From Deinococcales bacterium (lineage in GTDB: Bacteria; Deinococcota; Deinococci; Deinococcales; JAAFIG01): a stretch of 42,712 nucleotides of DNA. The stretch lies in NCBI GenBank assembly GCA_043778225.1, contig JAYWGM010000013.1, positions 1-42,712 on the forward strand, given 5' to 3'. Below, piece after piece: positions 1 to 9,001 of the stretch. Numbering within the stretch: the first letter of the stretch is position 1; every line of letters starts with the position of its first letter. The notes beneath the pieces are model-generated. The model was not told the origin of the DNA and searched no databases. It saw only the letters and a program-made list of their open reading frames with translations. A program made the position numbers and the translations under genes.

Positions 1-17
1 CGTGCAGAGCGACAAAG

Positions 18-46
18 AATGTATCACCCTTCTTGGGTCTTGTCAA
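18..46 (-). promoter_or_regulatory. Sigma70-type promoter firing leftward out of the window
   Basis: Minus strand TTGACA (46-41), 17 nt spacer, TACATT (23-18) preceded by TGn; near-consensus. Confidence 0.75.
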
Positions 47-218
47 GCAAGTCCGAAGGGTCTCGAGGATAGATGGATTATGTCGTGAAACACAGGGAAA
101 TAAGAAGTGTTGGCATTATTTTGAAGTGCGTGTGAACTCAGGTATAAATCATTTTGTATCAAATTGACCTCAAAAAGTGGTCTCGAGACCGCCAAGTGAC
201 CAGTACAATGACCCAATC

Positions 219-1313
219 ATGAAAGATACCCACGCACAAATCAAACTCGAGGCAATAAAAGCCAATGCTCTAAGTCTCTCGAGTTTTGCAAATCGTCCAA
301 TACTTGCACCAATCAAAGCCGATGCTTACGGGCATGGTGCGGTTCGGGTAGCACAAATCCTCGAGCCAGAAAGCCATATTTGGGGTTTTGCAGTCGCCAC
401 CACTTCCGAAGCCCTCGAGTTACGAGCGAATGGAGTTTATAAAGAGGTGCTGCTTTTAACCCCACCGCCATCCGATAAAATAGCTGCTTTGATTCACAAC
501 CAAATTAGTTTTGTGGTCTCGAGCCAAGCCGAATTAGAAGCACTCTCGAGCCAAGCCACAACCCAAAACGAACGCCCGAAAATTCACCTAAAAATCAATA
601 CGGGCTTAAACCGTTTAGGAGCAACACCAGAAGAAGGCGCAAGTATTCTCAAAGCAAGTCTGCATTCGAGGGTTGAACTTTATGGCATCATGACGCATTT
701 GGTGGATTCTGAGGATGTACCAGCCGAACACGCTTTGGTGCAAATTGAGCGTTTTAGAAATTTTCTCGAGACCCATCAGCCAGATGTCAAATACCGCCAT
801 GCGGCTAATACAGGCGGGGTGCTGAATAAAGCCTTAAATGCCGAATTCGATTTGGTGCGTCCGGGGATTGGCTTATATGGCTATGCGCCGGGTGCAGACT
901 GCGAAAATATTGTGCCGCTCGAGCCAGCCATGACGCTTTTGGCTCGGGTGATTTATGTCAAACCACTTGCCAAAGGTCAGCCTGTGTCTTATAACGCCAC
1001 TTGGACAGCCTCCGAGGATACCCACGTGGCGACAGTGCGCCTTGGCTACGCCGACGGCTATCCTCGAGCGGTCTCGAGCCAAGCCCAGATGGTGTTGCGT
1101 GGGCAAAAAGTCCAGCAAATCGGGCGGGTTTGTATGGATCAGCTGCTTTTGGATATTGGCGGTCTCGGAGTTGATTGCGGCGAGATGGTCGAGGTTTTGG
1201 GGGCTGGACAAATTACGGCTGACCACGTGGCGACTTGGGCAAAAACCAACAGTTACGAAATTTTAACAGGCATTGGCGCTCGAGTACCACGAGTCTATGA
1301 AACCGCCGCCTAA
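219..1313 (+). CDS. alr: Alanine racemase
   Basis: PIKADAYGHG PLP-lysine motif, HLKINTGLNRLG, GYADG, GRVCMDQ. Start moved to ATG 219, with TACAAT at 204-209 upstream. Confidence 0.95.
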   Translation: MKDTHAQIKLEAIKANALSLSSFANRPILAPIKADAYGHGAVRVAQILEPESHIWGFAVATTSEALELRANGVYKEVLLLTPPPSDKIAALIHNQISFVVSSQAELEALSSQATTQNERPKIHLKINTGLNRLGATPEEGASILKASLHSRVELYGIMTHLVDSEDVPAEHALVQIERFRNFLETHQPDVKYRHAANTGGVLNKALNAEFDLVRPGIGLYGYAPGADCENIVPLEPAMTLLARVIYVKPLAKGQPVSYNATWTASEDTHVATVRLGYADGYPRAVSSQAQMVLRGQKVQQIGRVCMDQLLLDIGGLGVDCGEMVEVLGAGQITADHVATWAKTNSYEILTGIGARVPRVYETAA

Positions 1314-1329
1314 TGCAAAACGGGCGCTG

Positions 1330-4254
1330 TTACTTAGGCAGTTTAATCGGCTCGAGAAACGGCACAATCGGTAAGCGCAGTTGGTCACGGTCAATGTCCA
1401 GTAAGGTTTGGCTACCATATGGCAAACTTAGGACCACACTAAAAATATAATTGGCACTGTTCGAGGTCGCAAGAACAGGCTTTAAGCTGATGGTCAGGCT
1501 ATAACAGCACTGGTCATAAATAATTGTAAAAGCGGGTTGAAAAACGGTCGTCCCCGTAAATGTAGGACTGTCTTGAAAAGCAAAGGTCTGGTTGATCGTC
1601 ATCGCAAAGAATAAATTTGGGCGCTGTGAGCCACCAATGCTAAACGCAAATGCCACACCGAGCGAACGCACCCCAAAGGTATCGATAAAAATACCATTCT
1701 CGAGTCGACGATTATAGGTTAAATCGCCAAAAAGACTGACCCCAGCCCGCACGTCCCAACCAAAACGCAGGGTTAAATTGCTCCAAATCCATTGGTCGTT
1801 GTCTGGGTCGGGCAAGCGCAAACTGATTTCGATGCCAAATTCAAAAGTGCTGCCTTTTAAAGTGTCAAACCGCGCCGTCAGGGTTGGATTATAGGCTTGG
1901 AAAATGGCTAAATCGAGCCGACTCGAGAAAGTAAATGCCAAAGGGGTTATTCCAGAAAAATTGGCTTGCAAACTGATTTCGCTGGTTGGTAAAAAATTGC
2001 TGTTTGGGTCGTATGGTGTAAAATCAAAAAGCTGACCCAAACGTAAATCCAAACCCGTAAAAAGAGGGCGCTCAAGCTCAGAACTTATAAAATTATAGCG
2101 CACCCCAAGGCTGCCCATTAAGCGGCTTGCGGTGGCTAATAAAGCTGGGGTAAACGTTTGATTAAGGCTGAGGGTGACTGGATTTTCACGGTTTCCTAAA
2201 ATCAGGCTCGAGCTTAGGCTGGTGGTTTTAAGGCTGGCATCGGTCAGGCTTTGAACTAAACTCAAGCTGACCGTAAAAGCACGATTGGTGGTGGAGAAGC
2301 CAACTGCTAAATTGAGGTCTTGGAATGTACCAACCGTACTGCTTAGACTTGGGAAAGTATACCCAAAGCCAATCCCAAAACTGGCATTGCCAGAGCCACT
2401 GCTCGAGAGCCGCAGACTGTACGCCACAGGTTTTCCAGTCTCGAGGTTGTATTGCCCGTTCAGTGCCAAAGCAATTGGGGCTGGACTGAGCGTTAGGCTG
2501 GCAGAAAACGGTTCAAATAAACCATCGAAAGTGGTGGTATTGCGAAAATTGACCGTAAAGCCATATTGCTGTGAAGCACCCAAACTCAACCACGTCAGTG
2601 GGCGCAGACCTAAATTCGCGGCAAAATTGCCGTTGCCAGGGCGATTAGACGAAAAAGACTGGTCAGCAGAAAATGGCGTTTCGCCTCGAGACACATTGTA
2701 GCGCCCAGCCAGACCAAACTCGAACCATGTACCAATATTTTGTTGCAAGCCCAGATTGGCATTAAAAACCACATTGCGCTCGAATTCGCCATCGAATACC
2801 GATGGCGAATTACTTGGGTTGCTGCTGTTGCGGCTGCTGTAATAACGCCCAGCAAAATCGGTGCTGCCAAAAACCCGCGCTCCAGTCCAAAGCGGTTGCT
2901 CGAGTGCCACGGCTGCTGCCACAGTAAAGCGAAACGCACCGATATTGACTTGTGGTGGTTGGACGGTCGGGTCTGGATTGATGCTCAGTTCGGCACTTGG
3001 GTTCAGACGGTTGTATGCCGCACTCAGCCAGCCAGCGCTCCAATTCCAACTGGTCAGCCGAAAAGCGCCAACCGTTGGCAGCAGTGGCTTTCCAGCCTCA
3101 AATTTAATTTCAAAACGATACGGCTGATTGATTGTGCTTTGGCTGGCTTGGTGATTCCAAAGGTATTCCCCAGCCAAATCAAGGTTAAAAAGCGGTTCGC
3201 GGAAAGTCTGGCTGTTGATGTCAAAACGCTGGGCTGACCACTTTAGAGAAAAATTAAATACAGTTTGCTGATTGGCACTGACCGACGGGAAACCACGCAG
3301 TTCTTGGCTTGCACCAGTGTCGGCTCGAGTTAAACTGGTGCTGAGTAAAACATCTGCCCAACGGTCTTCGGGTTCACGCCCTAGAATTGGAATCCGCACC
3401 TCCTCGAGCGCAAAGCGAAATGCCCATTGCAATTCTGTGCCAGATTGCGGTGGCAACATTAAAATCGCGGCTCGAGCCTTATTGGAAAAACCAAAAAGAT
3501 TAACAAAATTGACATCAAAGCCAATCCCAAAAGCTGGAGTCCGCGCTGCATAATAGCGCAGTAACCAATAGCCAAAGCCATTATCGCCAACTGTAAACGG
3601 CAAATCCAAACCAACCGTTGGGCGATCGGTTGTGACTCCTAAATTCAGTTCAAGTTTTGGATAGCGCGAGGGTTCGGATAAAAAAACCACCACAATCGGC
3701 AAATACATAATCGGCACGCCACCCAAAAGAATCGTCACATCTCGAGCAATCAGGCGATCGCCCGGGTAAAGCGTCAGTTCTCGAGCCTTAAAGCCGTAAG
3801 CATCGGTAGTTGTGCCGCACCTCGAGCAAGGCGAAAAATAGCCATCTTGAACATTAACTTGTCCGGGTAGGCGCTCGCAGTTGATGCCTTCAACATCTAT
3901 TTCTTTGGTCGAAATAAAGACATCGGCGGCACTTAGCCCTTCGGACTCGAGGTCAACTTCAAAATCGCGCCCCGCGATTGTGTCGTTTTTGCCCTGAAAA
4001 ATGCCCGCCCCAACAATTCGCAGTTTTCGGGTGGATTTGTTGTATTCGATGCGGTCAGCCGTGATTTCGTCTTCGTCTACTTTAATAATCGCTGGGCTGC
4101 CAATAATCACAATGTATTCTTCGCTGCGCCCGTCTGGGGTTGCCACACTTGGGCGCAATTCGACCTTGGTGGCTTGGATAATCGTTATTTTACGCGCTTC
4201 GGCAAACGAAAAAAAACACAACAGCGCCAAAAAGAAGCCAAGAAAGCGTTTCAA
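1330..4254 (-). CDS. lptD: LptD/OstA-like outer-membrane beta-barrel protein
   Basis: Signal peptide; N-terminal jellyroll-like ITADRIEY...FSPCSRC...YGFKARELTLYPGD...GVPIMYLP; long amphipathic beta-strand region with a late DQCCY motif; clustered with two LptF/G permeases. Confidence 0.7.
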   Translation of the reverse strand: MKRFLGFFLALLCFFSFAEARKITIIQATKVELRPSVATPDGRSEEYIVIIGSPAIIKVDEDEITADRIEYNKSTRKLRIVGAGIFQGKNDTIAGRDFEVDLESEGLSAADVFISTKEIDVEGINCERLPGQVNVQDGYFSPCSRCGTTTDAYGFKARELTLYPGDRLIARDVTILLGGVPIMYLPIVVVFLSEPSRYPKLELNLGVTTDRPTVGLDLPFTVGDNGFGYWLLRYYAARTPAFGIGFDVNFVNLFGFSNKARAAILMLPPQSGTELQWAFRFALEEVRIPILGREPEDRWADVLLSTSLTRADTGASQELRGFPSVSANQQTVFNFSLKWSAQRFDINSQTFREPLFNLDLAGEYLWNHQASQSTINQPYRFEIKFEAGKPLLPTVGAFRLTSWNWSAGWLSAAYNRLNPSAELSINPDPTVQPPQVNIGAFRFTVAAAVALEQPLWTGARVFGSTDFAGRYYSSRNSSNPSNSPSVFDGEFERNVVFNANLGLQQNIGTWFEFGLAGRYNVSRGETPFSADQSFSSNRPGNGNFAANLGLRPLTWLSLGASQQYGFTVNFRNTTTFDGLFEPFSASLTLSPAPIALALNGQYNLETGKPVAYSLRLSSSGSGNASFGIGFGYTFPSLSSTVGTFQDLNLAVGFSTTNRAFTVSLSLVQSLTDASLKTTSLSSSLILGNRENPVTLSLNQTFTPALLATASRLMGSLGVRYNFISSELERPLFTGLDLRLGQLFDFTPYDPNSNFLPTSEISLQANFSGITPLAFTFSSRLDLAIFQAYNPTLTARFDTLKGSTFEFGIEISLRLPDPDNDQWIWSNLTLRFGWDVRAGVSLFGDLTYNRRLENGIFIDTFGVRSLGVAFAFSIGGSQRPNLFFAMTINQTFAFQDSPTFTGTTVFQPAFTIIYDQCCYSLTISLKPVLATSNSANYIFSVVLSLPYGSQTLLDIDRDQLRLPIVPFLEPIKLPK

Positions 4255-4303
4255 AAAGCGCTCCGAATCTCGAGGTTTTTGAGGTCGCTCTCAATACTGA
4301 GTT

Positions 4304-4564
4304 TCACGCCACACTCCGAACTCCAAACCAATGTGTTTTTGCAATTTGTAATTGCTCGCGGGTCGTATGCAACACCACCAATTCTCGAGTCGGTTCTTGG
4401 TCATGAATTTTTTCATAATCGTCCAAAGCAGCTTCTGCATCCAAAAAAGTATCCAGAACCGACATTTTTTTAATCATCCAATAACCATTTTGGCTACTCG
4501 AGTCAAGGGCTTCTACCAGCACCCATGTGTCTGGAAATTGTTGCCGCACTTCTTGCCAAGTCAT
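4304..4564 (-). CDS. Small conserved hypothetical protein (MxWxEVRxxFPxxWVLVE type, DUF5678-like)
   Basis: 86 aa ORF with TAAAGT 6 nt before the ATG. Family assignment is from recalled motif resemblance only. Confidence 0.7.
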   Translation of the reverse strand: MTWQEVRQQFPDTWVLVEALDSSSQNGYWMIKKMSVLDTFLDAEAALDDYEKIHDQEPTRELVVLHTTREQLQIAKTHWFGVRSVA

Positions 4565-4579
4565 GTCAAAACTTTAGCG

Positions 4580-4639
4580 CCTCGAGATGAGATAAGTCAC
4601 GCCCTCGAGATGAGATGTGTCACGTCCTCGAGATGAGAT
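4580..4639. repeat. 23 bp tandem repeat, ~2.6 copies: CCTCGAGATGAGATnnGTCACGy
   Basis: CTCGAG at 4581, 4604 and 4627, each followed by ATGAGAT. Confidence 0.95.
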
Positions 4640-5779
4640 TTAGCGCCGCCGCGCAAGCCATAAAAAAGCCATGCCAGCCCCAGCATAAATGACATTTGGC
4701 ATCCAAGCGGCTAAAAAAGGAATCAGTGCGCCATTTTCGCCCATGACCCGAAAAACCGTGCTGGTCGCATAATAAAAAAAAGTAAAAAAAGCCGCGCCGG
4801 TAAAACCAAAATTTTGATTACTGCGAAGCGCCCACAAACTCACACCGATGCCAAACAGCGCAAAAGCAATGGCTGCCATCGGCTCAGCAAACTTGCGATG
4901 CAAAGCCGTCAGTTCGTTGTTCGGCACAAAGCCCTGAACGCGGTAGGTATTGATTCTCGAGAGCAAATCAAAAACCGACAACTGCATCGCATCGGCACTT
5001 AGCCCACTGCCTTGGCGAAGTTGCCGAATCGGAATAATCGCTCGAGCAAAACGCGCCACCGTGACTGGTCGGGCATCACCGCTTTTATAGGTTGTGCGTG
5101 TGCCGTTCTCGAGCAAAATCGCACCTTCTTCTTTGAGGATACTGCCCGTTGGCGCTCGAGTGATGCTGCTTGGCACTTGTCCGGATTGACCTTGCAGCAC
5201 CGTGATGTTGCTTAAATTTCCATCGGCGGATAAACCACCCGGCGCAATATAAATCACTTGGTTTTGCGAATCCTTAAAAAATTGTCCATCGGCAACCACA
5301 ATTCGTGGATTGGATAAAACAATGTCCTTAAAAACCCGTTGGGCTTCGGTAAATGCCCTTGGTTTAATCGTTTCGGCATTGATAAAAGCCAGCAATGCCA
5401 CCACCGCGCCCATGGCTAAAACTGGAAAAACCAGTCGGGTCGGGGGTACACCACTGACAATTGCGGCTTTTAATTCGCTGTCTTGGGTTAAACGGCTCAA
5501 ACCCATCAGCACCGCAAAAAGCATCGCCAGTGGCAAGGCTCGAGACATCATATCGGGGATGTTAAACGCCATAAATTGCAGCACCAGCAAAGGATTTGCA
5601 CCCTTGGTCAGGATTTCGCCAGCTTGGGCAAACATTGCACCCATAATCAGCACCAGCGCCATGACCGTTAAACCACTTAAAAGCCACGGCAGAATTTCGT
5701 TGATTAAATACCAATCGAGCTTGGTGATGCGCGGCAAGCGTGGCTCGGCTTGTTTTCTGGCGATTTGGGCTGGAGTCAT
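4640..5779 (-). CDS. LptF/LptG (YjgP/YjgQ) family permease
   Basis: LDWYLINE, LPLAMLFAVLMGLSRLTQDSELKA, LHRKFAEP and AAWMPN motifs. Start trimmed to ATG 5779. Confidence 0.92.
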   Translation of the reverse strand: MTPAQIARKQAEPRLPRITKLDWYLINEILPWLLSGLTVMALVLIMGAMFAQAGEILTKGANPLLVLQFMAFNIPDMMSRALPLAMLFAVLMGLSRLTQDSELKAAIVSGVPPTRLVFPVLAMGAVVALLAFINAETIKPRAFTEAQRVFKDIVLSNPRIVVADGQFFKDSQNQVIYIAPGGLSADGNLSNITVLQGQSGQVPSSITRAPTGSILKEEGAILLENGTRTTYKSGDARPVTVARFARAIIPIRQLRQGSGLSADAMQLSVFDLLSRINTYRVQGFVPNNELTALHRKFAEPMAAIAFALFGIGVSLWALRSNQNFGFTGAAFFTFFYYATSTVFRVMGENGALIPFLAAWMPNVIYAGAGMAFLWLARRR

Positions 5780-5825
5780 GACAACCCTTGAATGGCAAGG
5801 CGTAGGACAACGCCGATGGTTAGGC

Positions 5826-6884
5826 TCATGACAACCGCCGTATAGCGATGGCTGCACCGACCGCAAACAGCATTGTTGGTAGCCACGCTGCAAACCAGAA
5901 TGGTACAGCTTGCGAAGCCGCTAACTGCTGCCCCATAATCCACATTGCCCAGTAGGTCGCAAGCACCACAATCGTGGCTAAAAAGCCAGTTGCACGGCTA
6001 CTGATGCCTAAGCCAACAGCCGCCCCCAAAAGTGCCATCATTAAGGCAGCAAATGGGTCAGCAAAGCGGCGTTGCAACAAATAGTTGGCGGTGTAACGCT
6101 CTTGAAGGCTCTGCACCGTACTCGAGGCTCGGCTGGCGAGTTCTGGCAGACTCAGATGCTCGGGCAATTTGGCATCTGGCTCGAGCGCTGCTTGGAAAGC
6201 AAATTCTTTACGGACTTGCGGTGCGCCCTCGAGTTTACCATTTTGGTCGGTGCGGTAGACCGTAAAAAGCTGCCATGTTTTGGCTCGAGCATCCCATGTG
6301 CCGCGAGTGGCAGTAAACGTTCCATTGGGCGTAATGACAGTCACACCATACAAGTCGGCAATTTTTTTATCCTCGAGTTTTGGCGCAACTGTACCCGCAT
6401 GAAACAGTGTTTTGCCGTCTGGGCTGGCAAAACTTTTCAGTTCTTGGGTGGTGCTGGGTTCTGAGTTAAAAAGTTTGGAAAAACTGGTCTTGAAACGCTC
6501 TTCGGCACTCGGTTGCCAAACGTTGGTACTATAAAACTGAAAGGCACTGATGCACAAACCAAAACCGATAAAAACCCAAAGCATCCAAGCCGGGCGCACG
6601 CCAAGCGCATAGAGGGCTTTAAGTTCGGAGTCTTTGCCAAGTCGCCCTAAGCCAACTGGAATCGCAAACGCCAAGGCTGGGGCAATCATATACGACAAAA
6701 AAAATGGAATTCGGTCGGCAACATTTTGCAGAATCAAACCAATTGGCGAGTTGTTACGCAAGAAAAAACCAATCAGGGTTGCAAAATAATCTAAGAGCAG
6801 CAAAACCAGAATGGTAAAAACACCAACAAAATACAAAGGCACAGACTCGCGCAATAAATACAATGAGACACGACGACCCAGCAT
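5826..6884 (-). CDS. LptF/LptG (YjgP/YjgQ) family permease
   Basis: LYLLRE, LGRLGKDSELKALYALG, LQRRFADP and AAWLP motifs; TAGCCT 6 nt before the ATG. Confidence 0.92.
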   Translation of the reverse strand: MLGRRVSLYLLRESVPLYFVGVFTILVLLLLDYFATLIGFFLRNNSPIGLILQNVADRIPFFLSYMIAPALAFAIPVGLGRLGKDSELKALYALGVRPAWMLWVFIGFGLCISAFQFYSTNVWQPSAEERFKTSFSKLFNSEPSTTQELKSFASPDGKTLFHAGTVAPKLEDKKIADLYGVTVITPNGTFTATRGTWDARAKTWQLFTVYRTDQNGKLEGAPQVRKEFAFQAALEPDAKLPEHLSLPELASRASSTVQSLQERYTANYLLQRRFADPFAALMMALLGAAVGLGISSRATGFLATIVVLATYWAMWIMGQQLAASQAVPFWFAAWLPTMLFAVGAAIAIRRLS

Positions 6885-6951
6885 GGCAAAAGGCTAACTT
6901 CTCGAGATGAGTATTGTTACAGAAATTGGATGAGGTTAGAAAAGAAAAACA

Positions 6952-7073
6952 GGGCGACCCCCGTCGCTAGATGCTCCGTCGCCCCTACAAAACAAATTTT
7001 CATACCCTTTTTGTAGGAACAGACCCCTCTTGACCATAAACACGCACCTATCGGGCATGGTCGTCTGTGTCTA
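6952..7073. repeat. Pair of divergent GTAG-type REP-like palindromes
   Basis: Minus strand GTAG-GGGCGAC...GTCGCCC (6988-6952); plus strand GTAG-GA-ACAGAC..GACCAT..ATGGTC-GTCTGT (7013-7068). Confidence 0.55.
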
Positions 7074-7119
7074 ACGATGATAGGATATTCTTTCGGAGGC
7101 TCTAGGATGAGGTAATTAC

Positions 7120-7962
7120 TCACGCCACAATCAAACCAATACTAACCAAGCATAAAGCTGCACCAAACAATTGCCAGCCCTGCAAACGCTCGCGCAGTAC
7201 CAAAACTGCTAACACCAAAGTGAAAGCTGGATACAACGAACTCGAGACTGCACTGACATCCAAACGCCCCACTTGCCCAGCCAAAGCAAAAAAGATATTG
7301 CCAAGGCTATCGCAGATGCCCGCCACCGCCGCTAAAGGAACAAGCGCTTTTGGTAAAGCTGGCACACCGCCACGCCAAGCAATCAGGGCAAAAATCAGCA
7401 CCACGGTCGTGATGCGTAAACAAACCACGCTCCAACCAACATCGGCACTCGAGAACTGGGCGGTAATCGCAAAAATACCACCAAAAGAAACACCTGCCAG
7501 CACCGATAAACCTAAAGTCTGGCTCGAGAGGCGAATCTGACCTTCTGGGCGACTTAAAAACCAGACTCCAAGGGCTGCCAATAAAAAACCAGCCCATTTA
7601 AGCAAATCTGGAATACCTTCTGTGGCAGCACTGATGCCAACCGCCACGATATTGGCAACCACCGCCGTGATGGGGGCAACCAAGCTCATTTGTCCACCCG
7701 CCAATGCTCGATATAAAGTGATTAAGCCAATCACGCCAACCGCACCACCAGCCACACCAAGCAGTGCATCTTGCAAACTTGGTAGTGGCGAACCACGCAG
7801 CAGCGCCAAGCCGACCAAAAAAACCAAGCCCAGCACACTCGAGACCCGCATGACCGTTAATTCGTCAGAACGCCGTGTTGCCAAGCCGCCAGCAAAATCG
7901 CCAAAGCCCCACGCTGCGGCTGCCGCTAAGCCCCAAAGTGCTGCCAACATATCGGGGGTCAT
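7120..7962 (-). CDS. EamA/DMT family transporter
   Basis: About 10 TM helices; WGFGDFAGG, LYRALAGGQMSLVAPI, SSLYPAFT...LRERL. Confidence 0.92.
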   Translation of the reverse strand: MTPDMLAALWGLAAAAAWGFGDFAGGLATRRSDELTVMRVSSVLGLVFLVGLALLRGSPLPSLQDALLGVAGGAVGVIGLITLYRALAGGQMSLVAPITAVVANIVAVGISAATEGIPDLLKWAGFLLAALGVWFLSRPEGQIRLSSQTLGLSVLAGVSFGGIFAITAQFSSADVGWSVVCLRITTVVLIFALIAWRGGVPALPKALVPLAAVAGICDSLGNIFFALAGQVGRLDVSAVSSSLYPAFTLVLAVLVLRERLQGWQLFGAALCLVSIGLIVA

Positions 7963-7981
7963 ACACAACCTCGAGTGGTAT

Positions 7982-8674
7982 TCAACTTGTTGCTCCAAAA
8001 AACTCGGTTTGGATTTCACAAGTTGGTGACACGAGTTTCAAATAACTTATCAGTTCGTCGCTTGCTGCTTGCATTTGCTCGAGTGAATAAGGGACTAAGC
8101 GGTCTAAAATAAAATAGGCATTGACAGAAGTGTTGGTTAAACGAGTCCGAATTCCCTGCCGCCAATTCCAAGCGCGGCAGGTGACACGACTCCCATCTGC
8201 CCAAATCACCTCGCCTTGGTTTGGATGCTCTAGCATAGCTTGCCCATCTTTGGTTGTATCAAAAACCTCTGTCCCATCCGAAAAACGCAATACCAAATCA
8301 TGCTCGAGTTGGTCCCAATCTTCGCCACCAATTGGAATAACATGATTGATACTGACCGCATTGTACAAATCAACCAAGGTGTTAATGCTTGGTAAATCTT
8401 GTCCTTTGACGACTCGAGTCAGCAGGGCTTCGACCGAACAAGGGAATTTACTGGGTTTCAAACCAAAATCCGAATAAGCCGAACGCCACGCCATGATATG
8501 AGGATGCTCGGCTGGTTTTTGCAATTTCAGGCGCTGTTGTTCTTCGGCTTTTCTCAGTATTTCGCTACTCCAAGGCTGACTTACCGAGTTCTGCAAGCCT
8601 CGAGCATAAATCACCATCAGCGAATAGTGCGGAAAACGCTGCAACACCTTTGAATCAACTCGAATACGAAACAT
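7982..8674 (-). CDS. Stand-alone B3/B4 domain protein (PheRS-beta editing-like)
   Basis: WRSAYSDFG.KPSKFPCSVEAL, INTLVDLYNAVS, CRAWNWRQ; TAGACT 5 nt before ATG 8674. Confidence 0.92.
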   Translation of the reverse strand: MFRIRVDSKVLQRFPHYSLMVIYARGLQNSVSQPWSSEILRKAEEQQRLKLQKPAEHPHIMAWRSAYSDFGLKPSKFPCSVEALLTRVVKGQDLPSINTLVDLYNAVSINHVIPIGGEDWDQLEHDLVLRFSDGTEVFDTTKDGQAMLEHPNQGEVIWADGSRVTCRAWNWRQGIRTRLTNTSVNAYFILDRLVPYSLEQMQAASDELISYLKLVSPTCEIQTEFFGATS

Positions 8675-8713
8675 AAGCCAGTCTAACAAGTCTTTGAGAT
8701 TGGGTGTCGGCGC

Positions 8714-8986
8714 TCAACTATCCAAAGACTTTATTCCGCCCTCGAGAATCAAAACATTTTTCGCTCCAAGCGCCTCAAGCAGCGCCGCCGCGTATTCGGA
8801 CTGCCGCCCGTTGTTGCAAACCACCACCAACGGACAAAGTGGCAAGGCGGGGCTTCCATCCTCGAGTTCGGCTATAGAAATAGCTATCGAACCCAGCCGC
8901 AAAGGTTTAGCATGGCGCTCTAGGTCGTCGCGGATGTCTATCAGGACCGCATCGGTCGGGATATTTTGGGGCAGAATAAATTGCAT
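8714..8986 (-). CDS. Single-domain rhodanese-like protein
   Basis: LIDIR, VVVCNNGRQS..AA, LEGGI motifs. Confidence 0.9.
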   Translation of the reverse strand: MQFILPQNIPTDAVLIDIRDDLERHAKPLRLGSIAISIAELEDGSPALPLCPLVVVCNNGRQSEYAAALLEALGAKNVLILEGGIKSLDS

Positions 8987-9001
8987 CTGTTTGCTTTTTT
9001 T

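Noticed and set aside
78..95. RDRM (DdrO box)-like TTATGTCGTGAAACACAG
   Set aside because: The right half does not fit the 17 bp dyad, and the adjacent alr is not a typical regulon member.
4580..4639. Possible mini-CRISPR array
   Set aside because: Units are contiguous 23 bp repeats with no unique spacers, and there are no cas genes.
6917..7123. 68 aa ORF
   Set aside because: It overlaps the REP-like hairpins and has no recognisable protein features.
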